Positions 16,992-23,882 of a stretch of DNA of 32,000 nt are shown here, piece after piece. The stretch comes from Candidatus Electronema aureum. Lineage in GTDB: Bacteria; Desulfobacterota; Desulfobulbia; Desulfobulbales; Desulfobulbaceae. Every line of letters starts with the position of its first letter. The stretch's first letter is position 1. The position numbers were made by a program, and so were the translations under genes. Below the pieces are notes generated by a model, which was given only the letters and a program-made list of their open reading frames with translations, ran no database searches and was not told the DNA's origin. The stretch is from the NCBI GenBank assembly GCA_004284765.1, contig NQJD01000001.1, forward strand, positions 150,001 through 182,000. The letters run 5' to 3'.

Positions 16992-18317
16992 TTATTTTAT
17001 GACTTCCCAGCTACTGATAATAGTGACGATGTCTTTCTTCTCTTGCTCGGAAAGATAATGAGGATCTCCAGTGCCTTCCGCCATGATACTAACGGTTTTC
17101 TCCCATTCTTCTTGATTTTTATTCGCCTGATGCAATCGCTCTGTGTCGTGGCAGCGTCCGCATTTGCTATTGATCAAGGGATGATCAGTATGAGATGATT
17201 TTGGTGGCGTATAAATCTCATGGCCCTGTTTATCCCGTTCCTCGATCGGAAGACTGAGAAATTCGATAATTTGCTGTTTCTCTTGCTCGGAAAGATATCC
17301 GGGATTGCCAGTTATTTCAATCATGTTGTTGATAGTTTCAGTCCAAACTTCCTTTGTCTTTTTTGCAATAAGTACCTGATCTAACTTATGACAGCCTGCA
17401 CTACATTTGCGAGCGACTAAGCTCCGCACTCCGGTAACTATGGATGGGGGAAGTGTGCTTCCAGTTTCTATATTCCATAATTTTTCCATATCGTTAGCGA
17501 GAAATCCAGCAATAGTATTTTTTTCCTCCTCGGAAAGATACTTGGGGTCGCCGGTGAGAGTGATCATTCTCTCGACCGTCTCGCGCCAACGCTGCTCGTT
17601 CTTCTTTGCTGCGGATATCTTATTCAATTTATGGCACATTGTTGTACATTTGACCAAAATCAGCTTTTTTTTCTGCTGTATTTCATCATGCAATCGCTTT
17701 TCATTCAAGTAGGCAGCAATGACTCCGGCTTCAGCACTACTGATGTCGGAGGAATCAAAGGCGGCCATTTTGCTGACAGTTGGAGTCCATTCAGTTACGG
17801 TAGCGGCGTAGATGCGATCAAGCGTATGACATTTGCTGCATTTTTTACTCATGATGACATGACCAGATTCCATGCTCACCTCTGGTGTAGAGATGGTCTT
17901 TTCCCCGCTGTGCTGCTTGTTGTAATAGTAAGCAGCCATCGCAGTAAGACCAAAAGAGAGGCCAAAAATTGCAGTTCCCAGCAGAATCAACTTGGTGCTG
18001 ATCAGGGCTTTCTGTCGGGCGACTACCACTTTAATCATGATCAGCGGCACCAACAACAAAGCAAGAATCATGACTGGTGCAGGCATATCTCCCTGAAAAC
18101 TGCCAGTTCTAAACACCATGTAGGCGAGCATCCCTGCAAACAGTACCAAAAAAAGATAGCCGAGAAAACGCTGTACGACAGCTCTGTTATTTTTTTCGCT
18201 GTTTTCCTGTGGAGTGCTGTTCATTTCCAGCATGATCAGCACGGTGACACCAGCAATCACGATTAATAAAATCGCCAGCATGAACGAAAATTGATAATAC
18301 AATTGATTATTATACAT
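16992..18317 (-). CDS. Membrane-anchored tetrahaem c-type cytochrome built from four repeated modules
   Basis: Four N-terminal hydrophobic helices are followed by four haem motifs: CSKCH (C160), CTTMCH (C224), CSAGCH (C305), CGRCH (C386). Each is followed by ..W..TV..M....G.P.YLSE.EK..I..F. The repeat is visible in the DNA (TCTTGCTCGGAAAGATA at ~17040 and ~17280). Confidence 0.8.
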   Translation of the reverse strand: MYNNQLYYQFSFMLAILLIVIAGVTVLIMLEMNSTPQENSEKNNRAVVQRFLGYLFLVLFAGMLAYMVFRTGSFQGDMPAPVMILALLLVPLIMIKVVVARQKALISTKLILLGTAIFGLSFGLTAMAAYYYNKQHSGEKTISTPEVSMESGHVIMSKKCSKCHTLDRIYAATVTEWTPTVSKMAAFDSSDISSAEAGVIAAYLNEKRLHDEIQQKKKLILVKCTTMCHKLNKISAAKKNEQRWRETVERMITLTGDPKYLSEEEKNTIAGFLANDMEKLWNIETGSTLPPSIVTGVRSLVARKCSAGCHKLDQVLIAKKTKEVWTETINNMIEITGNPGYLSEQEKQQIIEFLSLPIEERDKQGHEIYTPPKSSHTDHPLINSKCGRCHDTERLHQANKNQEEWEKTVSIMAEGTGDPHYLSEQEKKDIVTIISSWEVIK

Positions 18318-18360
18318 ATTTCTCTTGCCTGATTTACGCGAGCCTTGAAGCTACCCTCAG

Positions 18361-18397
18361 TAAAAAAATCCACTGCCGGTCTCCTCCAGCCCGGCAG
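18361..18397 (-). terminator. Rho-independent terminator after the upstream cytochrome gene
   Basis: CTGCCGG (18373-18379) pairs with CCGGCAG (18391-18397). On the minus strand the stem is followed by TGGATTTTTTTA (A-run 18362-18368 on plus). It lies between the two cytochrome genes. Confidence 0.55.
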
Positions 18398-18514
18398 ACG
18401 CAGATTTTTTTCCGGCTCCGTCCTGCATCAGAAGGAGTTTCTGTTTAAAGTTTATCCTGTTTCCTTCTGTAGTTCAACCTCCGGTCTGGTTTTCTCTCTT
18501 TGAGCGGGGAAAAT

Positions 18515-20110
18515 TCATCGTTTCGGACAGCGTATTTTGGCTGCTTTATCGGCAAAGACAAAATGGTCATCGTGTTCCGGCGTGTGGCAACTTTTGCAGG
18601 TTTGCTCATCAGGCTTGGGCATAGGAACCGACACCTGTGCTGGAGACGCAGCATGGCCCGCTGCCGGGCCGTGGCAATTTTCACAGCCCACGTTTTTTAA
18701 CTGATCGGGTAGGTGATCAAGCAATTTGTCCGCCTTCACTGTAGCCAAATCGCGCGTAGGTAAGGTGACATGGCAAACCAAGCAGTCTTGGTTGAACTGC
18801 TGATTTTTTCCTTCCAGCGTTCGCACGCTCTGGGCATGGCGGGTCTTCTGCCAGAATGCCATCTGCTCGGCATGACATTCTCCGCATTTTTGCCAGCCCA
18901 CCAAAGTCTTGAGCAGGGCTGCGCTGTTCTCCGTCGCTGATCGCTCTTGATTCAGATTATTGACCTTTTGCTTGGTCTGCATCATAATTTCGCGTACTTT
19001 AGGGTCTTCCGGTAACGAAGATTCTAAGGCAATAAACTGGTTGCTGAAGCGACAAAAATTTTCGCCGTCCGGCTGTTTCTTGTCCTGTAGGGTTTTAATT
19101 TTTCTTTCAGCCTCTTTTTTCTCCGTCAATAGCTTCTGATAGCCAATGTCGTCCTTGACTAAACTTTTACCCTCAGGTTGCTGCTCCAACCGGCTTATTT
19201 GCAAAGTGATCTGATCAAGCCGATTTTGTTCCAATCGAATTTTACTCAGATCACTTTCCTCCCATTTTTCCGCTTCAGTCCAGCTGATGCGCATCATACC
19301 CAAGGTCTTGCCCCGTGCGCCTGTTTGCGCGAACAGCGTATCACCGACCATGAAGGGATAGGTTGCCGCCGCTGCTGGGCCAGAGGCAAGAAGCAAATGC
19401 ACCGCCGGATATGCCTCAGCGATTTCCTTATTCACCTCATAAGGATAGCTGGAAAGCAGAATAATCATCTCCGCCTTGCCTTTGACCTGCTCAAGTGCCT
19501 TAGGCAGGGTTTCCTTCCACGGCAGCACCGTGTAGCCTGTTTTATCTGGCGCGGAATCCAGCACCATCTGTCCGCCAGTGAGACCTAATACGGCCACCTG
19601 TAGCCCAGCGGTCTCTGGCAATAGCCAAGGATTGAAAACTAATTGCTTTTTCTTGGCATCGACCAAATTCATGGAGAGCCAAGTCAGCTTCTGTTCCTTC
19701 TGCATTTTTTTGAGCAACTCCACTCCGCCTGCCAAATCATGGGCCTCAAGACCAACTGCCCGACAGTTCATAGACTGCATGGCCTCGGCGATACCTGCGG
19801 CAGTGATTCGTTCCTGTTCCTCCTGCCCGGACGGTAAGCTGCTCTGTTTAAAAAGCAGGCCACCACCGTCTAAAAACAGCCACGGTAATTTTTCTAACTC
19901 GGCAAAACGGCTTATTTGTGAGGCTGCTCTGGACAGACCGCCTAACTGCCGCGATTTGCACCCACAGGGTTCAGTTTCACCATGCACATCATTGCTATAA
20001 AAAAGAAGAAATTCAGCAGTCATACCCGGCGCGACTGTCAGCAGGAGAAACAAAGCTATCAACACAATTCGGTTTAGCATTTTTCGCATACTCTTACCAT
20101 CTTGTTTCAT
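18515..20110 (-). CDS. Periplasmic protein: metallophosphoesterase/5'-nucleotidase-like N-terminal domain + coiled coil + C-terminal tetrahaem (cytochrome c554-like) domain
   Basis: Signal-peptide-like MRKMLNRIVLIALFLLLTVAPGMTA. FYSNDVHGETEPCGC resembles the NDxHG phosphoesterase motif. Four CxxCH motifs: CGECH, CLVCH, CENCH, CKSCH. The start is uncertain (ATG at 20110, 20089 or 20080; the track start is 20200). Confidence 0.75.
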   Translation of the reverse strand: MKQDGKSMRKMLNRIVLIALFLLLTVAPGMTAEFLLFYSNDVHGETEPCGCKSRQLGGLSRAASQISRFAELEKLPWLFLDGGGLLFKQSSLPSGQEEQERITAAGIAEAMQSMNCRAVGLEAHDLAGGVELLKKMQKEQKLTWLSMNLVDAKKKQLVFNPWLLPETAGLQVAVLGLTGGQMVLDSAPDKTGYTVLPWKETLPKALEQVKGKAEMIILLSSYPYEVNKEIAEAYPAVHLLLASGPAAAATYPFMVGDTLFAQTGARGKTLGMMRISWTEAEKWEESDLSKIRLEQNRLDQITLQISRLEQQPEGKSLVKDDIGYQKLLTEKKEAERKIKTLQDKKQPDGENFCRFSNQFIALESSLPEDPKVREIMMQTKQKVNNLNQERSATENSAALLKTLVGWQKCGECHAEQMAFWQKTRHAQSVRTLEGKNQQFNQDCLVCHVTLPTRDLATVKADKLLDHLPDQLKNVGCENCHGPAAGHAASPAQVSVPMPKPDEQTCKSCHTPEHDDHFVFADKAAKIRCPKR

Positions 20111-20283
20111 GGGTATTTCTGGTCGTGCAACAGACCGCTTCACAGAGGCAGTGCGTGATATTTGATCTTTTTTATTATTCACTTTTTCCTGATGCAGCAC
20201 AAGGAATTACTGCCACTAAAAGGAAACAGGAGCCAATCCCCGCATTTCCGGCAACCAGTTCCTTTTTTCAGCGCGTTTCTCTC

Positions 20284-20312
20284 TTGACAATAAGAATAAA
20301 ATTGAGCATAAT
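20284..20312 (+). promoter_or_regulatory. Sigma70-type promoter for the tRNA gene
   Basis: TTGACA (20284-20289), exact 17-nt spacer, CATAAT (20307-20312). The mature tRNA 5' end is 19 nt downstream. Confidence 0.7.
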
Positions 20313-20330
20313 AATCGACCTTGCAATCAA

Positions 20331-20407
20331 GGCGATGTAGCTCAGTTGGTTAGAGCATACGGCTCATATCCGTAGTGTCCGGGGTTCAAGTCCCTGCATC
20401 GCCACCA
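20331..20407 (+). tRNA. tRNA with CAT anticodon, most likely elongator tRNA-Met (tRNA-Ile2/lysidine type not excluded)
   Basis: Hand-folded cloverleaf. Acceptor GGCGATG/CATCGCC. D-arm GCTCAGTTGGTTAGAGC. Anticodon stem TACGG/CCGTA with loop CTCATAT. T-arm CGGGG-TTCAAGT-CCCTG. CCA is encoded. The D-arm is identical to that of classic elongator Met tRNAs. Confidence 0.9.
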
Positions 20408-20431
20408 AAAATATCCGGCTTGTCCGTTATG

Positions 20432-20467
20432 ACCTCGACTCCTGAATAAGGATTCGAGGTTTTTTTG
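20432..20467 (+). terminator. Rho-independent terminator of the tRNA transcript
   Basis: ACCTCGACTCCT (20432-20443) pairs with AGGATTCGAGGT (20449-20460) with one mismatch. TTTTTTTGTTT follows. Confidence 0.8.
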
Positions 20468-20537
20468 TTTGTCCAGCAAAGGAAAAACTGCTCGCTAAAG
20501 AAATGTTGCTGGGAAAGGGGGGCAAGGGCGGGATTTC

Positions 20538-20562
20538 GGGTCGAGATGACCTATCTCGACCC
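20538..20562 (-). terminator. Perfect 10-bp hairpin just downstream of the DsbC-like gene (no U-tract)
   Basis: GGGTCGAGAT (20538-20547), 5-nt loop, ATCTCGACCC (20553-20562). It lies 18 nt after the stop at 20580. Neither strand has a T-run, so terminator function is uncertain. Confidence 0.3.
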
Positions 20563-20579
20563 AACTGCTTACAGTCAGC

Positions 20580-21389
20580 TTACTGACTAACTGTTTCCTT
20601 TATTGCCGCGACAATGTCCTCTGCCGTTTTATAACCTGGCAGCACCCGACCGTCCGGCGTGATCAACGTTGGCGTGGTAGCAATGTGCAGTTCTTTGGCC
20701 AACGCGATATTTTTGTCAATCTGGTCGGTTTCGCAGTCCGCCGCAGGCACCGGTTTGCCTTTCAGGGCATCGCTGAGTAGAACAGCGGCCCGACTGTTAT
20801 CACCTTTGGTTTTGGCGCAGACAATTGCCTTGGCTTTGGGCAATGAACCCGGATGCAAGGGCAGCGGAAAAAGCTTAATAAAAAAAGCCAGCTCAGGATG
20901 CTGGGCCACCACTTTTTCCATCTCTGGGTGGAGCTTGGCGCAGAATTTGCATTCAGGGTCGTCGAAGACGATGATTTTGCCTGCCGCATCCGCCTTGCCA
21001 ATCACGACTGCGTCATCTAACGAAATTTTGCTCACATCGATTTTGTTCATACTGACAAACTTCCGCTCGCTCAAGTCTTCGTTGCTCTCCAGCTTGATCA
21101 CGCTGCCACTGATCAGGTATTTCTTAGAAAAATCAATATACAGCGGCACCTTCTGGCCTTCATAAACCGCATCTACGTCCCAAAGGCCTGGCACCTCGCT
21201 GCGCCTGACATCCAGCACCTCGCTCACCTTCCCTTTGAGCAAATCAGAGACTTCTTTTTTGCTAACAGAGTGGCAGTCCCGACAGTCACCTGCGCCACAG
21301 CCCGCCGCTTCGTGAGGCGAAGCGGAAGCAGAAGAGGCGGCAAGCAAGACGCAGCCAAAAACAAATGCGGCGATATTCAATTTTATCAT
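20580..21389 (-). CDS. DsbC/DsbG-family periplasmic thiol:disulfide oxidoreductase with an extra N-terminal CxxCH motif
   Basis: Signal peptide ..FVFGCVLLAASSASA. DsbC-type N-domain (PGLWDVDAVYEGQKVPLYIDFSKKYLISG). Thioredoxin-fold active site DDPECKFCAKLHPE. The mature N-terminus reads GCGAGDCRDCHS. ATG at 21389 is preferred over TTG at 21401. Confidence 0.8.
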   Translation of the reverse strand: MIKLNIAAFVFGCVLLAASSASASPHEAAGCGAGDCRDCHSVSKKEVSDLLKGKVSEVLDVRRSEVPGLWDVDAVYEGQKVPLYIDFSKKYLISGSVIKLESNEDLSERKFVSMNKIDVSKISLDDAVVIGKADAAGKIIVFDDPECKFCAKLHPEMEKVVAQHPELAFFIKLFPLPLHPGSLPKAKAIVCAKTKGDNSRAAVLLSDALKGKPVPAADCETDQIDKNIALAKELHIATTPTLITPDGRVLPGYKTAEDIVAAIKETVSQ

Positions 21390-21608
21390 GATGAAAAGCA
21401 ATGGGTTGAGGAAGCGGTGAAGCAGACCGACTTACGGCCTACAAACGAAACAAGCGATATGCAATGTACGATTTTTACCGCAGGAAATCAAGCATGTTGT
21501 TCAAAGAAGAGAAGCAGCGGGGGGCGACATGCCGCAGCGTAGATCACAGCGACTTGGCTTAGTGGCGCATCTGCCGGAGAAGGAAATTTTTTTCCTCGCT
21601 GATACAAA

Positions 21609-21724
21609 TAGGAGTTACGCAGTTGGTTTTACAACCATTTGATTTTGTTCAACTGGCGATTCATGCGACAAAAAAATAACCTACTGCAATAATTGAACTT
21701 CTGATTTCAACTGCGTAACTCCTA
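21609..21724. repeat. 116-bp element bounded by perfect 17-bp inverted repeats (MITE-like or large hairpin)
   Basis: TAGGAGTTACGCAGTTG (21609-21625) is the exact reverse complement of CAACTGCGTAACTCCTA (21708-21724). There is no ORF inside. It abuts the IS remnant terminus at 21725. Confidence 0.6.
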
Positions 21725-22368
21725 GGTAAATTCAATGTATTTTTGGTAGTCCTTAAGGCGTAGTGGCTAAATTTGGAGCTATATTTTCATTGTAATGATG
21801 AATAAAATTCCAAAGTACCCCGATATGATTCTTCATATTTTTAGAAAATGAAAGCGTTTTTCTTCCAAGACGTGAAACGCGCTACCGCAAAGCAAGATTG
21901 AACCGTTCGATATGACTTGTCTTTCGGCTATCCTTTCCGACGAAAAAGTCTGCCTTGAGGAAAAATTTCTTATATGCTGACCAAAAATCAGTATAAAACA
22001 CAGCATTTTTCTTGCATGATTCCGAAAGTGAATTCCAAAGGCCGAGTGCGCCTTCATTATCCCTGCTTCTTGCATATGCTCCGGCAATTTTTCTCGAATA
22101 TCTATCAATCGCAAGCCATATCTCATCACATTGCAGAATCAGACCTCTTTTTTAAAAACATCTTCTGTCCGTTTCGGAACATGTTCATATTTTTTTGTTT
22201 ATATAATTCTGAATTCAAACTTCAGATATCCCTGTGACTCTCGAAATTCCTGCTGATGAAATCTTTTCAAGAAGCAGCTTGTCAACGAGATTCCATGTTT
22301 CATGAGGAATTATTTTATTTGACTGGTTCTCAATAAACTGACGGCGGCATTCTTTGCAGGAAAATTTT
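21725..22368 (-). pseudogene. Degenerate, 5'-truncated IS1-family element (copy A)
   Basis: The minus strand reads an insA fragment (..KFSCKECRRQFIENQ..LLLEKISSAGISRVTGISEV). It then reads an insB-like frame CDEIWLAIDRYSRKIAGAY...DFWSAYKKF...SRKTSHIERFNLALR*RVSRLGRKTLSFSKN..HIGVLWNFIHHYN. That frame has an in-frame TAG (21882-21884) and lacks the SFV..K.N..W segment after DEIW. The terminus is GGTAAATTCAATGT at 21725. Confidence 0.75.
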
Positions 22369-22390
22369 GGTAATAGAGATCTGTGAGTGA

Positions 22391-22825
22391 TCAATGAAAT
22401 AAAATACAATCGTTGTAGTGATTAATAAATCTCCAAACAGATGCAGTTAAGTTTTCAATGCTTCTCGAAAACGACAATGTCTTCCTGACTAATGCCGACA
22501 CTCTCTGCCTGAATGTTAAATTAATCCTTTCGATATGACTTGTTTTTCCGCTTCCTTTACTGACAACGCTGTGTCTTTCCGCAGGAAATACTTTTCCGTA
22601 AGAGGCCAAGCCGTCTGTGAAAAATATTCCGTTCTTTTTGCAGTCTTCAGAAAGTGACTTCCACAGGGCAGCAGCTCCGGCATCGTCTCTTTTTCCGACA
22701 TGAGCACCAACAATGAGCTTTGTTCTTCTTTCAGAAGCAAGCCATATCCATATGTCATTCTCTTTGCTTCCGACAAAAGTCCACATCTCGTCGGCTTCTA
22801 TAAAAATTTTTCCAGCTTTAGACAT
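22391..22825 (-). CDS. insB: IS1-family InsB' (DDE catalytic part, expressed as an InsAB' fusion by -1 frameshift)
   Basis: EADEMWTFVGSK.NDIWIW, FFTDGLASY, SGKTSHIERINLTFRQRVSALVRKTLSFS. It is in the -1 frame relative to insA and overlaps it by 28 nt. Confidence 0.85.
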   Translation of the reverse strand: MSKAGKIFIEADEMWTFVGSKENDIWIWLASERRTKLIVGAHVGKRDDAGAAALWKSLSEDCKKNGIFFTDGLASYGKVFPAERHSVVSKGSGKTSHIERINLTFRQRVSALVRKTLSFSRSIENLTASVWRFINHYNDCILFH

Positions 22826-23112
22826 GCAGAAAGCCTTTCTTCTGACTTCATCCCGTTTTTTTTAATATACTCCTGAAGCCATCTTTTTGAGATGGAAACT
22901 GCTCTTGCGATTCCTGCTATAGAAATTTTTTCAAGCAGAAGCCTGTCAACTATCCGCCATTCAGCATCAGAAATTTGTCTGTTTTGAGGGTGTTCAACAA
23001 ATTGACGCGAGCATTCTTTGCATAAGAACTTCTTCTTTCCATTTGCTATGGAGCCGTTTTTAACAACATACGAAGAGCCACATTTTGGACATTGCACCGC
23101 TATTTTCTCCAT
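22798..23112 (-). CDS. insA: IS1-family InsA (zinc-ribbon + HTH DNA-binding protein)
   Basis: CPKCGSSYVVKNG...FLCKECSRQF zinc-ribbon motif. HTH-like LLLEKISIAGIARAVSISKRWLQEYIKK. Confidence 0.85.
   Translation of the reverse strand: MEKIAVQCPKCGSSYVVKNGSIANGKKKFLCKECSRQFVEHPQNRQISDAEWRIVDRLLLEKISIAGIARAVSISKRWLQEYIKKNGMKSEERLSACLKLEKFL
22855..22865 (-). promoter_or_regulatory. Programmed -1 ribosomal frameshift site (A8C slippery run)
   Basis: The minus strand reads TTAAAAAAAAC inside insA codons I-K-K-N. Slipping -1 here reads KKKRDEVRRKAFCMSKAGKIFIEADEMW, i.e. directly into the insB frame. This is analogous to the A6C site of E. coli IS1. Confidence 0.7.
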
Positions 23113-23282
23113 AGTTAAATTTTTTCTTTCATAAGAACGGCGTTTGGCTGGCGGGCATTCGCCCTCTGAAAACTGAGACCAAGTCGGAAGTCAACTTTTT
23201 CAATATTATATTGTTTTTAATGGTAAATTCAATGTGTTTTTTAGGGAGCCGTCCGCTTTGCCACTCATGGTTCACCATTACC

Positions 23283-23870
23283 CTATCCTTTTACTCCACT
23301 GTAATACCGCTGCCCGGCGCAGGCTCGGCAGATAATCTTGTTATCCTGTTCTATTTCGCGGCAATCCTGTACATAATCGCCGCATTGAGCGCACTGCACA
23401 CGGCGTAGTGGGCGGCCCGGCATATCGCATTCTGGAATATTTGCCTTAACCTCTTGTATTGTAAATAATTCATCCTCCGGCATAACCCGGTAGGCTTCTA
23501 ACTGCCGCTGGTATTTATCTGCCAATTCAGGACAGTATTTTGTTGATAACTCGCGGGCTTCCTCTCGCGCTGTGACTCGCACCGCTTGGCCGGTTTTTAA
23601 ATTGACAAAAGTGGCAGCCATGATCCCGAAGTCCATCCAGCGGAGAGAGCGTTTGCCCAAGCTGCACCCGGTCACAGACTGAATGGCATCGGTGGCACAG
23701 CGATCTATTTCCACGATAACGTAGAGCTTTTTTCGGTCAACACCCTTGGGATCATCAACGCCGATATGCCGCAGGCCGAGCAAGGCCATTCGTACTCCAA
23801 TCACTTGGCCAGCGCAGAGATGACCGTGAATCTTGGCGGAAACTTCCAGCAATTCTGCAAAAGACTGCAT
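23283..23870 (-). CDS. FmdE/FwdE-family protein with C-terminal zinc ribbon
   Basis: HGHLCAGQVIGVRM, VEIDRCATDAIQSVTGCSLGKR, and C-terminal CAQCGDYV...ICRACAG. The stop codon (23283-23285) directly abuts the IS end. Confidence 0.8.
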   Translation of the reverse strand: MQSFAELLEVSAKIHGHLCAGQVIGVRMALLGLRHIGVDDPKGVDRKKLYVIVEIDRCATDAIQSVTGCSLGKRSLRWMDFGIMAATFVNLKTGQAVRVTAREEARELSTKYCPELADKYQRQLEAYRVMPEDELFTIQEVKANIPECDMPGRPLRRVQCAQCGDYVQDCREIEQDNKIICRACAGQRYYSGVKG

Positions 23871-23882
23871 CGTTTGCTTTCC

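Larger units (their letters stand above)
22369..23282 (-). mobile_element. IS1-family insertion sequence (copy B), apparently intact, 914 bp
   Basis: Imperfect terminal inverted repeats GGTAATAGAGATCTGTGAGTGA (22369-22390) and the reverse complement of 23261-23282, GGTAATGGTGAACCATGAGTGG (16/22 identical, both starting GGTAAT). It contains insA and insB' with a slippery A-run. No flanking target-site duplication is present. Confidence 0.7.

Noticed and set aside
17631-18266. 211-aa ORF on the plus strand (also 17407-17712)
   Set aside because: It is antisense to the tetrahaem cytochrome gene, whose CxxCH repeats and TM helices validate the minus frame. It is an AT-rich region artefact.
16992-18317. 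~240-bp periodic DNA repeats (possible CRISPR or tandem array)
   Set aside because: The repeats are in-frame coding modules of the cytochrome, with no spacer/repeat architecture. No CRISPR array exists anywhere in the window.
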